Below are positions 1 through 12,300 of a DNA stretch of 64,000 nt, in pieces. Positions within the stretch are counted from its first letter, which is position 1; every line of letters starts with the position of its first letter. The notes beneath the pieces are model-generated. The model was not told where the DNA came from. It ran no database searches and saw nothing but the letters and a program-made list of their open reading frames with translations. Source of the DNA: Amphiscolops sp. MND2022 (lineage: Eukaryota); NCBI GenBank assembly GCA_964187785.1, contig OZ076413.1, positions 49,726,001 through 49,790,000 of the forward strand. The letters run 5' to 3'. The position numbers and the translations under genes were made by a program.

Positions 1-682
1 ATTTATGAGAAACGTTGACAACTGGTCAAAAACTTTGGTCAAGTAGAAAAATTAAATATAAATGAGATGCTATATAAAGCATGAAAGTCAGATATTTCAT
101 TTTTTTCAATAAAATTAAAAACCAATATCAATTGAAGGTAACTTCATGTACCTGGCGGAAATATCATCAAATAATAACCGACAAAGAATAACCAGATTGC
201 GAAAGCTACAAAAGCAGGACGTCAAATTTCTTTCACACAAAAGCACACGTCTTCAGTTTATTTAGAACTACGGAAAAGGTTAAAATTTCGAAAAAAAACT
301 GGGTTGCTAAACGACCATTTTTCCGCTACGAAAGTTTCTTTCGTATGACTTTTTCTGACCAAAATTTTTTTGAATTTTTCAAATTAATGGTATCAGATTG
401 GAATTAAGGATGGGCCCATTAGGACATGCCAAATGCAGTCATTCCACGAATTTTCTACGTTTCTCAAATGTGTCTGAAAAAGTTTTGGAAACTTTGGAAA
501 ATTTTTGCCTCAAAGTTGAACCACGCTTATATGGAAGCAAAGTAGGGATCTGTTGCTGCATGCTACAGCGTTGCTTTTGAAGAAGTGGTAAGGATTAATG
601 TGGTCTTTAACGCCACTTATCAACTCTGTTTTATTTTTTTTAAAAACTTTAAAAAATTTTTAATATTTTTTTCTGGTTTCAG

Positions 683-946
683 TGAATTGCACTTGTTTTT
701 TCCACGTTTCAAACCTCCTCCACAGGAAGATTTCAAACCACATGAGCTGGAAAAGACTCTGATTCTGGTGAGGCCAGATGCATACAAAAAATTTGGTCAA
801 AAGAAAATCCTCAATCACCTTTCTAAAGAGGGATTTGAGATTCTCATGCAGAAAGAGTACAAGATGACAATGGACCAAGCCGAGAAGTTCTACTTCGAGA
901 AACGAAATGAGATATTCTACAACGACCTCATCATTAACATGACCAA
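683..946 (+). CDS. Host gene internal exon A: NDK-like domain (multi-NDK, NME group II-like protein)
   Basis: Acceptor tttcAG (681-682), donor GTcagt (947). Encodes ELHLFFP...EKTLILVRPDAYKKFGQKKILNHLSKEGFEIL...AEKFY...FYNDLIINMT, matching the NDK N-terminal pattern E.TL.LIKPDA...GF.I...AE.FY...FY..L...M. Confidence 0.85.
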
Positions 947-1627
947 GTCAGTACTTTAGTTATTCACCTCGTTTATTTTTTAGATTGCAGTTACAAGAGA
1001 TTTTCATGATTTTTGGAACCTTTTCATAGATAAAAACATTTCAGATATTTTCATATTTTCATATGCTACAATATGAGGCCCCTCAACTTTAAGGTCAACT
1101 CTGATATAAGGTTGCCGAACCATTTTATATCATATGATTGGTTCATCGCCAATATGCACCCGCATTTTCCATTGATTTCTTGATAAATTTTCCGAAGAGA
1201 TATCAAGATTTTTCCATGGATATTTATGAATTTGACCAAAAAGTAAAAATTTCAAATCAGATTCATTAACAAGTGCAACTTATAGAACACTATTCGTAAA
1301 GTCTATTTGTTTTCAAGACCAAATTTCAAACTTTGGGACAAAGCTCAAAAACGAGGCATTATATTCATAGGCAAAGCACGATTCTGAAAATTCTGTCTGG
1401 CAGATATTTCACTTGACACTCGATAGACCAAAACATATCCTATTTTTCAGGTCTTTTCAATTTTCTATTTACCACCCAATTTTAATTGGTCCAGGGCAGG
1501 AACCAGACGAGCCGCCTGAGGCCATTTTCTATCCCGATTGAATATATTTTTGTTTGTTTCTAATGAACACCATGTTGCTTTTTTTCCAAAATGTCGTTCG
1601 TTAGTGTAAATTTTCCTTCCTTTTCAG

Positions 1628-1890
1628 CGGTCCACTCTTCGTCGCTGGCTTAGCCCGTGAGAATGCAGTTCAGCACTTGGTAGATCTGGCAGGTCCCAGT
1701 TTGCAGTCGGTGGCTAAGGTGGAGCAACCCAAGTCACTCAGGGCAATCTACTCGACCGAGGTCAGCCCCGTCAACTCCATCCACGTGCCCAAGAACCAAC
1801 AGGAAGCCAAACTGGACATGAACACTTTCTTCCCATTTGAGAAAGTCCTCGTCGCGATCAAGGGAAATCGTACTGCTCGAGTACAGAAAA
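1628..1890 (+). CDS. Host gene internal exon B: C-terminal half of one NDK domain and start of the next
   Basis: Acceptor tttcAG (1626-1627), donor GTtagt (1891). Phase-2 join with exon A gives MTNGPLFVAGLARENAVQHLVDLAGP...SLRAIYS...NSIHV...TFFPFEKVLVAIKG (NDK motifs GP, L.RENAV, SLRA.Y, N..H, FFP). Confidence 0.85.
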
Positions 1891-2232
1891 GTTAGTCCAA
1901 TATTCAAACTGAACAGAAAGTATAAAAGGTCAAGGTTAAAGGTTGGAAAGAATTCTCGCAAAAAATCTTAGGTACCAAGGTTTTTCTCGAGGTACCAAAC
2001 TATAATTCAAAAAGAGTTGCAATTCTGCAATGGTTGACGATGCTTTTGATCTCCCTTTCGAAGTTTTCAAAGTTGGTAATCGTTGGAAAACAAGCAACCA
2101 AAAATTTTAGGCTCAAATTCTACGAAACTTTCTAATGTCTAGTTATCTAGTAAATCAAACTTTGAAAGTAATTTACGGGAAAAGGCAGGAAAAACGTCTA
2201 AAAATAGTTAGGAAAAAACTCGATAGGTTATA

Positions 2233-2371
2233 TCATCTAAAATTGATGAATTCACGCTCGCTCTCGTCGTCAAAATATCTGTTCCTACTGAATCGCTACA
2301 TTATATTGCCGCAAAATCTTTTAACAAGCTCGACTTCATAAAGCTAGGCATCCGCTAGCCAGAGTTACTAG
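2233..2371 (+). mobile_element. Possible ~140 bp non-autonomous Helitron
   Basis: A|TC 5' start, short hairpin GCTAG-gcatccg-CTAGC 8 nt before a CTAG|T end. Only terminal motifs support it; single copy seen. Confidence 0.3.
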
Positions 2372-2740
2372 TAGATAGATGACGCGTTCAAATAAATTTT
2401 GAAAAATCTACCAGTTTTTCTCAAAAAAAGTATGGTTCAGACATGATTCCTGCTTCCAATTCACACAATATATCCTTCCCTGTTGATACTAATAATCAAG
2501 TCTGAATTAACGTTACGGTTTGTAAAACCGGAATTACTCTAATTTTGCGTTGAAAATGGTTCTTTTAGCAAGCTAGATCTTGAACCTACAGTACTGGAAA
2601 AATGGGACACCTGCAAAGTTTGATGAAAATCTAATATTACTTACATTTGTTAAGTTCTAATGAAAATGGTTGGTAAAAAGCTGTATATAATGCCAATAGA
2701 TTACAAAAATATGTAAATTACGGATATGTATATCTATTTT

Positions 2741-2949
2741 TGTTAACGTGGAACTCAATAAAAGAAAACAATGTAGAGGATTGAAATGTGAATTGCAATT
2801 GAATGAAGACAATGTTTTGAAGTGCTGTCTTTTACTAAGGCTCTCAGGCAAATGTTTCTCAGTTTAGTCTGAGGTTCAAACTGTTGACAGGAGGTATGTT
2901 TATGGTATTTACAAACAATGTCTCAATGTCATTCATTCACACTACCACA
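2741..2949 (-). repeat. 3' LTR of the Mag-like Gypsy element
   Basis: 209 bp; about 10 substitutions and a 3-bp indel versus 13664-13869, counted by eye. Confidence 0.93.
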
Positions 2950-3236
2950 TTCCCCGTTTTAATTATGGAAGCAGGGTTAATCCTCAAGTAAAATGTTATT
3001 ACGGTATATAACTCAAATTAATAAACTGTCATTGATCACTAGTTACTACGCTAGTGGAAACTGTATTACAAAGTTTAAAAAGTTTTGCTCAGTTGTTTAC
3101 TTCAGCTCAGTTTCTTCTCCGGTTTTGGTTATTTTCACACCATCAATGCCGTACCTTTGTGTGGGGACTCTTTTTTGCTCCAGCATTCTTTTTCTTCTCT
3201 TTCGAGGTCAAATGCAATCTCTGGGGCGTTACTTTC

Positions 3237-4117
3237 TGTTGGCGCCAGTCAATTGCGAGATCAGAAACTCAAACTCGAACGTGACTCAAGAAACTTACAA
3301 CTCAAAAGACTTAGAAAACTTTGTCAAGATTTGAGTTGGAAAATTACAAGTTTCACCAGAAATAGGGCGTTGCAAAATGTGCCACCCCCCGTCCCGGTGA
3401 ACCACTTCATCAATCACCTTGAAACTTGGCACACATATAGTAGTGGTGCTACCCTAACTTTCCCTCGAAACACCCTACCCCGTATCTCCCCTGGGTCCCG
3501 AGCTATTAACACCCAAAGAGACCTAGGTCGTACCCCATGAAGTACCCAATTTTGATGTATTAATTATTATATGGTTTTCTCATATGACCTTGAAGGAAAT
3601 GTAACTCTGTTGAAATTAATGATATTTACATTGTGTAAACATGCTTTAGAGCCCACCTAACCAACATGCCAAAACCACCACATTCTTTGTTTACATAGCC
3701 AATAACTTTTATAATTCACTTGAATGTCATTTTTTTATACTTCGTATTTCAATTCATATTTATCGAATAATTGTAAACGATATGTATACCATAACTAGAT
3801 AGGCACAAATTGATTGGAAAGCTGTATTAAAGTCGGGTCTCAGGACCACACATATTCTCAATTCATTTTTTCACCTCTTTTTGACTTTTCGCCAAAGACT
3901 TAGGGCAATTAAGTTAGTTACTCTCAACCTGTGGAGAGTTGGACGCGTTAAGAGACAAGGAAGAAGTGCAAGTCGGGATCATTGGATCCTACTAAGTCAA
4001 GATACAGTCCTTTTAATCTAAGAAGCAAGTAGTGTTCGGTAACGATCCGCAGTGCCGAGCACCGAATTCAGGGCGGTGTAAAGCTTGGTCAATTGTAGGG
4101 ATCAAGCAGCCGTTACA
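3237..4117 (+). repeat. 5' LTR of the BEL/Pao-like element
   Basis: 881 bp; differs from the 3' LTR by a 31-bp indel and roughly 11 substitutions by eye. Confidence 0.95.
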
Positions 4118-4921
4118 TTTGGTCCGCCGACCCGGACATCATCAGTTTTGGGGCGGACAACAACACATTGAGCGGACATCAACAGTTGGAGTGGACATCA
4201 ATCTGGGTGGACACTACAAGAGGAACATCGTCTTCATCGTGTGTGGATAGCATTCGTGTTGGAAGACACGTGAGCAGTTAGAGTCATCAAACGGGTGACA
4301 CAACATCTATCTGTTCAAGTGACACGAAGCTTGGAAAAAACTTCCGTGCTGGTTTCATTGGCAAACCAGAGAGCTGGAAGGACAAGCCTAATCGTAGGGA
4401 CCTTCCAAACCCAGTAGTGGCAGCAGGTGATCCTGTTCGCACAGCAATCGAAAGGTATTGCAAGAGTCGTCGCATTCGAACAAAATCGCGACAAGTAGCT
4501 GAGACGACTATTCACAACGAACGAGAACTGTGGAGACTGGGTCTACAGTTGGTGATTGGAACTCTGAGAAAGTGTACACTGGGGCTTTGGTATTGGACTA
4601 TTGGGCGATTTGGAACTAGATTGGTTGTGTACTCTGGGAGTTGGGCTTTAGCAGCACTCTGGAGGCAATTGTGCTTCAATTCCAGTTTGGGACGAATGGT
4701 ATCATGGGAAACGTATTCCTAATTGAAAGCAAAGGTTTGAACTAAGACGTCGCTGCAAGCATATCCACCAAGTAAAGCAAAAGGATCGAGTCATTGGGCG
4801 AGTTCCACCGAAACAATCAAATCCGTCAAAGAAGGCAAGCATAATCGACATTTTGGGTCGATTCTTCAAGAATTGGCGATTGATTACTGGGTTGAGCAGT
4901 TGACATTTCAGATCTAACAAA

Positions 4922-6922
4922 TTGCTGAGTTTGGGAAAAGTGACAAAGTCGACAAGAAACTATCGTGTAGTCAGAAAGCCTTCAGTTAAACACAAAGAGC
5001 AATCTGAACAAATGAAAGCCAGAAAGAAAGAAATGCTCGAGGTGCAGCATCCTCGAATGACAAATGTATTTGATCAAAGAAACACAAATCAGAGCCAAGA
5101 ACTAATGGACCTCAGATCAAGAGATTTGGAAAATGATTCCGACTGGTATGTGTGGCGCTTTCATCTGGATACTGTTGCCACTCAAGTGGGAAGACTACGG
5201 ACTCTGATTAAAGAGTTGGATGACAAGCTGGACGAGCAAGGCGCTATTCTTCGTAAAAGAGAATTGAACGATTGGGTTTTCGAGTATCGCGAGAATAAAC
5301 AATCATTGTTGCATAACGTAGATCTCATGTTGGACCTCACAAGTGAGGAAAAGCAAAGACAGCTCAGTCGAAGCGTGACTGAATGGGAAGAATTCTTTGT
5401 AAAATTAGAAGACAGCTGGGGATATTGGTTCCCTGATGTAAAGACAATTTTGAAGTGTCCGAAAGATGAGACAGACAAAACGAAACTTCGCCAAGTGGCA
5501 AGTGGAACCTCCACAAATGCGACTATGAGATGCCCTCACACAAGGAAGCTCATGCAAAGTAGCTTCAATCCATCGAAACGCAATTGCCCAGTAGAAGTAA
5601 CTAGTGAAAATAAATCATTGGCACAGTCAAGCAGGGTAACTGAAGAGGAACGACGTGTTGTTGGAGCATCCAACCCCTCTGATGTGAATAAATTATTCAG
5701 TGATGTGAAAATGTTACCCGAACAAAGCAACAAAGGGTCAGTCAAAGCAACCTCGAAGAGCAACATAACAACAGCTAGTTCTAGGTCATCAAATGCAAAA
5801 CGAATACTTCTTCTAGAATTGGAAGCAATGAAGAAACAAGATGAAACTGATGAACAGCTAGCTGCCGCAAGAAGCAAAGCCGAGATCCGAAAGAAACAAG
5901 ATGTGATGGGCATGAGGATACTCGCAGAAGAACTAGAAATTGCTAAACTCGAAGAAGAAAACGCTAGAGTCAAACAAATCCTAAAAAACGACATGGAATT
6001 AACGCGAAATGGAGTTAAGTTAAAACTGACACAACCACAGAAAGTGACAAAGCAATTGCAACCAAGTAAAGGCCCACAGAAATGTTATCGGACCATCAAG
6101 GCATCCTCGACCTCAATGAAACCTCCTACAGGAGCTGAACTGTGTGAGCGAAACGCACTCTCTAAGAACAACATGAATGAGTTGACGGAGAAGGGGTCAC
6201 ACCTGAGAAACAACAAAAAACTCTGTTTTGGGCAAATTGATTCAAAGAGCATTGTTGGATCACATTTGCGCTCTAACCGTGAAAGCGTTGAAAGTAGTTC
6301 AACAATGACAAATGTAAAGCAAACTCAACCAAGGCATACTTCGAGCAAAGAAAGCTCAGGTGATCGCAATGAATCGCTGAAAAGAAGAAGAGACGAACTT
6401 TTGGGCAAGCAAGAAGAAAGGGCTTCGCTCAAAGCTCTTGAATGTACAACAAAAGGAAAGTGTACAATGAAAAGATGGAAACCTGAGCAGATGAAGTGTT
6501 CAGACATGTGTCCAAACCATAGAAAGTTGCAAGACAAATGTGAAGCACATGAAGACTCAAAGAAGACAAATGGTGAAAGTGATGCAAACAAAGAAACCTC
6601 GAAGCGTCTCGCAGCAGAATGGATGTGGACTAGGCCAGAAACGTTCATTGTAGACAATGGCTGGCAAGATTTCCGTTCAGGAACCCTCCTCGTAGATACT
6701 CAACAAGTCTTGGAAGAAGAGACTCACTTGGTCAAGTGTGAGCACTTGGTAGTGCAAACAGAGGAGACTTTGGATAACACAATGACTGAAACAATGCAAG
6801 AGCATCGAAGCTTAGCCTACGCATCATCGAAAAATGGAACTTCGGAAGAGCCGCGCGTGCAATTTGAACTGCTGCAAGGAAGGTCAGCAGAAGTTTCCAC
6901 CGTACTACAGGACGTGCAATAG
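4922..6922 (+). CDS. Gag-derived coiled-coil ORF of the BEL/Pao-like element (666 aa; first ATG near 5012)
   Basis: Long open frame with a Ser-rich then E/K-rich coiled coil (SSRSSNAKRILLLELEAMKKQDE...), similar to BEL/Pao Gag N-termini. No intact CCHC knuckles recognised. Confidence 0.6.
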   Translation: MLSLGKVTKSTRNYRVVRKPSVKHKEQSEQMKARKKEMLEVQHPRMTNVFDQRNTNQSQELMDLRSRDLENDSDWYVWRFHLDTVATQVGRLRTLIKELDDKLDEQGAILRKRELNDWVFEYRENKQSLLHNVDLMLDLTSEEKQRQLSRSVTEWEEFFVKLEDSWGYWFPDVKTILKCPKDETDKTKLRQVASGTSTNATMRCPHTRKLMQSSFNPSKRNCPVEVTSENKSLAQSSRVTEEERRVVGASNPSDVNKLFSDVKMLPEQSNKGSVKATSKSNITTASSRSSNAKRILLLELEAMKKQDETDEQLAAARSKAEIRKKQDVMGMRILAEELEIAKLEEENARVKQILKNDMELTRNGVKLKLTQPQKVTKQLQPSKGPQKCYRTIKASSTSMKPPTGAELCERNALSKNNMNELTEKGSHLRNNKKLCFGQIDSKSIVGSHLRSNRESVESSSTMTNVKQTQPRHTSSKESSGDRNESLKRRRDELLGKQEERASLKALECTTKGKCTMKRWKPEQMKCSDMCPNHRKLQDKCEAHEDSKKTNGESDANKETSKRLAAEWMWTRPETFIVDNGWQDFRSGTLLVDTQQVLEEETHLVKCEHLVVQTEETLDNTMTETMQEHRSLAYASSKNGTSEEPRVQFELLQGRSAEVSTVLQDVQ

Positions 6923-6937
6923 GGGAAACTATTCCAA

Positions 6938-8500
6938 GTGACAGTAATTTCTGACAGTAACCTACTCCTTGAAGGAGGAAACAAATGTTATGGATTTGTC
7001 AAATGTTATGACTTTGTGAATGAACAACGTTATACACTGCCAGGAGACTTGAATGAAATAGTCATGTATCAAAAGCTATGCCACGTCGCAATGAAACATC
7101 ATAAACCCGCGAAAGGCAATGCTAAAGTTGAAACACAAATCGTGAATGCAACCTTTGGAAAGAAGACGGATTTCGACTTCAATGAATGTCTTTTAGAAGA
7201 AACTATCCCGAGTCATAGTAATATAAGGAACCCTTGGACTGGTAATGGAAACTCTGGAATGGACGCAGTGTCACAGGCTAATGGCATTAATAAAACTCAA
7301 TTGAGCAAAGGCCACCGCAAGCGACCGAAGAAAAGATCTTGGAAGATTGAACATAACTGGAACCTGATTCATGGAATGGAGGAAGGCGCTCAGTTGAATG
7401 GGAATGGAACACGAGATGACACATTTTGGCTACATGATTTGACAGACAACGTATCAGTGACAAGAACGCAAATGTGTTCTTTGAAAGTACCAGCAACAAG
7501 TTGGACCAATGGGTCTTGCAATGGGCCGGCTACACCATTCATGGTTATGGGGACTCAGTATGGATCTATTGGTAAATTGGAAGTTTCTGATGATCTATTG
7601 GAGCCGGATAAAAACCTAGATGAAAAGAATATGAAGTTTTGTGGTGAGAGAAGCTCAGTGACGCTCTACAAACAGAAGCGGAAGCGAAACTCCACAGCAT
7701 TGCAGTTACTGGGAGAAAATACGAATGTAGCTACGGAAAACGATGTGTCAGTAAGCAAAGAGCTAAATGTAGTGCAGCGACTGAGTTTAAAACACAAATC
7801 CATTCCTATTGGATACAAGGAGAACATTGAACACAAAGGAAAGAACTTCAGTCGCCGTAATGTTGGAAATTCTCTCTATCTACTGATGATGATGATGATG
7901 ATGATGGATGATTCAACAACCTCTCACGAACGCCAAATTGATTGCTTGAGTATGAAACGATTAGAGAACCAATTCTGTTTGTATACTTCCCCCGCAGTCA
8001 TTCAACTTTGATGAGGAAATGTGTAGCAGAGCAAATCTTGGGAAACTGGCTGGAGACAATTTCGACTTATCTGGAAATCTATTCTTTGGATGTTGAAGTA
8101 ATTATGGAAGTCGAGTTAAATGAACAGAAGCAATTTTGTATCATACCTGTTAAAGGTTCAAGAGAAAAGGAATTGATTGAACTCAATGAATGTCGGACGT
8201 TGATGACGAAGATTGGGATGATGGGAAAGACTATCACTTCAAATGAGACAGCAGTTTTTTGGAAATATTTTGTGTTATTTCAACTTGTCGAAAACAACTG
8301 TATGGTCAGTGAAATGGATTATGGGCTGGAGAAGCATTGCAGTAGAGAAAGAACACAGCAAACAACTGGCAAACATGACTATGAAGCTGAAGATCTCAGT
8401 ATGACAAGACGTTTCATGGCAATTTCAAGAGACCAGTAGTGAAACTGGCACCCCTGTTCTATGAAAGTGTTTTTCGGGAGAAAAACAGGGCCGGCAATGT
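6938..8500 (+). pseudogene. Degenerate pol remnant of the BEL/Pao-like element (no RT, RNase H or integrase core recognised)
   Basis: Same frame as the upstream ORF after a TAG. Faint echoes of the BEL pre-RT region (PFMVMGTQYGSIGKL; TALQLLGENT), an (ATG)7 run, and terminal RPVVKLAPL. Too short to hold RT-RH-INT. Confidence 0.55.
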
Positions 8501-9347
8501 TGGCGCCAGTCAATTGCGAGATCAGAAACTCAAACTCGAACGTGACTCAAGAAACTTACAACTCAAAAGACTTAGAAAACTTTGTCAAGATTTGAGTTGG
8601 AAAATTATGTGCCACCCCCCGTCCCGGTGAACCACTTCATCAATCACCTTGAAACTTGGCACACATATAGTAGTGGTGCTACCCTAACTTTCCCTCGAAA
8701 CACCCTACCCCGTATCTCCCCTGGGTCCCGAGCTATTAACACCCAAAGAGACCTAGGTCGTACCCCAAGAATTACCCAACTTTGATGTATTAATTATTAT
8801 ATGGTTTTCTCATATGACCTTGAAGGAAATGTAACTCTGTTGAAATTAATGATATTTACATTGTGTAAACATGCTTTAGAGCCCACCTAACCAACATGCC
8901 AAAACCACCACATTCTTTGTTTACATAGCCAATAACTTTTATAATTAACTTAAATGTCATTTATTTATACTTCATATTTCAATTCATATTTATCGAATAA
9001 TTGTAAACGATATGTATACCATAACTAGATAGGCACAAATTGATTGGAAAGCTGTATTAAAGTCGGGTCTCAGGACCACACATATTCTCAATTCATTTTT
9101 TCACCTCTTTTTGACTTTTCGCCAAAGACTTAGGGCGATTAAGTTAGTTACTCTCAACCTGTGGAGAGTTGGACGCGTTAAGAGACAAGGAAGAAGTGCA
9201 ATTCGGGATCATTGGATCCTACTAAGTCAAGATACAGTCCTTTTAATCTAAGAAGCAAGCAGTGTTCGGTAACGATCCGCAGTGCCGAGCACCGAATTCA
9301 GGGCGGTGTAAAGCTTGGTCAATTGAAGGGATCAAGCAGCCGTTACA
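8498..9347 (+). repeat. 3' LTR of the BEL/Pao-like element
   Basis: 850 bp direct repeat of 3237-4117. Confidence 0.95.
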
Positions 9348-9352
9348 CTTTC

Positions 9353-12300
9353 TTTTTTCTTCTTTTGGGCTTTGTGCCTCACTGGTGGCGGCTCGCTGTC
9401 ACTTGAGCTAGTTGTTTCTGCTAATATCGCTTGTTTTTTGTTCTTCCTGTTATCCATTTTGCCTTTTTGCTCCTCCGTAGAAGCGGCCACATCTTTTTGG
9501 GTATACCTTGGGGGTATTCGCCTTTTACGGGGTCATCATCAGTGTGTGGGCTGTTTCACTCACCACTTTTCCGCTTTTCTTTTTAAAAGTGATTCGAGTT
9601 TCGAGCCACGTGCTCTCTCTCTCTCACGAGAATCGACGAATCCAGTTCGTCTTGGAAGTCCCAAGGGTTAAAGTCCAAGTTGGGATCCTGCTCTGAAATA
9701 CCCAATAATCCTCTTACTAGGTTTGGTTTTACCGTGTTAGGTTTTCGGCCCATATGCTTCTCAAATAGTAAACTACCATCGTTTTTCTTGTTAACGCTCA
9801 GCGAATACAGGATCACCGACAAATCTGATCTCTTTTGTTAGGATAATCTGCTTGTTCGTTCGTAATCGTTCATTTATCGTTCTGATTAAGCGCTCAATTT
9901 TTCCGTTTCCCCTATGATCTCGTACTGGGCATATAACGTGTTCTACCCCAAAATGTCTGCAGAATTCCGCAAAAGCCTCGCTTACAAACACTGTACCCGG
10001 GTCGGTTCTTATTTTTCTTGCGACTCCGTATTGTGCGATATATTGCTTCATAAATTCTATTACTTTTTTCGTCGTTGGGCGATGTAAACATCTAGCGACC
10101 GGCCAACTACAAACATGTATTTTTTTCCTTTTTCTCGTTTTGGAAGGGACCTGCAAAATCTAATGATATTTCCCATTTTCAATTTGTTGTTCTACCTTCG
10201 GTAGTTTGCCGATCTGTTTTTGTCTGAAGATACATTTTAAATTCTTACCGGATTCCAGGCATTGCTCACATAGGCGGGCTTGGTCGATAATGTCGCGGTG
10301 TATCCGCGGCCACCAAATGTTTTCGATCTTTGCTAACATCGAATCACGGCCTGGGTGGCCATAATGCAAGGAACACATAATCATTATTCTCATATATTGA
10401 GGAATGACTAAACGGTTATCCATGTAAAGTAGGTATTTCTCGTCGACCGAAAAGGATTGGAATTTATCCCTCCATGGGGATGGCAAGCGGCTGACTCCGG
10501 TTTTGTTATAGGTTTTTACCAATGAAATAACCTTTTGTATTAGTTTGTCAGCTACGTAATTAGCGGGAAGTAGCTTTTCGTTTAAAAGTTTAATTGACGG
10601 ACTTTTATCACTCATCTTGCTAACACGCGTGGTAACTTTTGTCCCGCGAATTGTGTTCAACCAGCATTCTGATTGGCTGCTTTAAATTTGCTTTGGCCAC
10701 TCGATTGATAGAATTACTTTCATTCACACGCTTCGCCGCTTCTGCTTACTCGCTTGTTAGCTGTCCGTTCTATAAAACATTATTTAAACTAATTACACTA
10801 TTTACAGTAAACCATTCATTCCAAAGGGTTTCCGCCTTTATCGATGCCCCTTCTAATTCTGAGGGGTGTCTAGATAGATAGTCTGCCATTCCAAGTGTTC
10901 TTCCTTCCACATGTACCACTTGGAATTCAAAGGGTAAAATTCTATCTACCCATCTTGTCAGTCTGTTAGAAAAGGTCTTGTTTCCCCTGTTCGGTTTTAA
11001 AACTGTCATCAGTGCTTTGTGATTGGAAACTATTTTAAACTTTACAACATATACATAGTTTTTAAAAAACTCTACAGCCCAAGCGATTGCTAAAAGTTCG
11101 AGTTCGTTAATTGAATATTTAACTTCGAAATATGTTAAAAACCTTGACGCAAAACAAATTGATTTCTTTTCTCCGTTACTTTGGTTCTGTTGTAAAACTG
11201 CGCCTAGTCCTTGCTTGTTTGCATCGCAAATAATTCTACTTTCTTGGTTTCTTTTAAAATGTGACAGTTTCATTTTTTCAAATTTCTTCATTAATCCTCT
11301 TGAATGCTGTTTCATGATCACTATTCCATGTCCACTCTGCATCTCTCTTTGAAATTGATCTAAAAGGGAAATTTGTTGCTGCTAAAATTAGTATAAATTT
11401 GTTGAACTGGTTTACCGCTCCCAAAATGAGCGTAATTGCTTCAAATTCGTTGGTCGTAGTCTCTCGCTAATTCCCTGGGATTTTGCAATTACCGGGGAAA
11501 AACCCGTTCTCCTTAACTTGTATCCCAGCCATTCTATACATTCATGGGCGGACACGCAGTTGTCTGGCTTCAACTGTAAATTTGCATCATCTAGAATTTT
11601 CAAAACGTCTCTCACTTTATTCATGTGCTGTTAATTGGTTCTTTTAGTTACAATTAAAATATTATCTATGTACAAAATACACTATTTATATTTGAGGGCC
11701 ATTAATTTTTGGAATTCAGTTGGCATTACAGTAAGGCTATAATATCCCGTTATGAATTGGTATGTTCCTGTGGATTTACCCTCGACGATTTGAAAATTAC
11801 AGCGTTTTTGGTTAATTCATGTAATGGGATTTGTTCGTACGCGTATGTCATGTCTACAGCCGAATACCAGGCCCTCCCCTTCTTCTTTATCAAGTTTCTC
11901 AGCAATCATATCAATTAAATTTTTTGAATTGGGCATTTGGTAGTTGTCTTTAGCTATTGACTGATTTAACGCTCCCGCAACTAAGGCAATTTCCACAGAC
12001 TTATCCTTTTTGACAGTAATTACTGTCTGCTGAATAAACACATCGTCTTGAATTTTATCTACTTTCCCAATATGCCCCTCCTTCAGCAGCTCATTAATTT
12101 CATTGTCCACTTGATTTTGTAGTTGGAGGGCAATTCCGTGCCCTTTTTGTTGTGAATTTTTGCATCCTCTTCCATTGTAATTTTAATTTCGTAGTTTTTT
12201 ACACGTCTTTTTCTTCTAAACAATTTTGGAAATTCCCTTTGAAGTTGTTGAACCTGGGGACTTTGTTGATTCTCGGGGCTGACCTCACAGATGAAATTAT

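Larger units (their letters stand above)
3237..9347 (+). mobile_element. BEL/Pao-like LTR retrotransposon, non-autonomous derivative, nested in the Gypsy integrase tail
   Basis: LTRs 3237-4117 and 8498-9347 (TGT...ACA), TSD CTTTC on both sides, PBS TGGTCCGCCGACCCGGA (tRNA-Tyr-like, as in BEL/Pao), purine tract before the 3' LTR, and the BEL/Pao C-terminal motif RPVVKLAPL just upstream of the 3' LTR. Confidence 0.85.

Noticed and set aside
398..682. ORF 398-580 and the 5' extension of ORF 585-959
   Set aside because: Intron-like T-rich sequence upstream of the acceptor at 682; no NDK similarity.
7884..7906. Poly-Met run
   Set aside because: Simple (ATG)n microsatellite expansion in a degenerate ORF.
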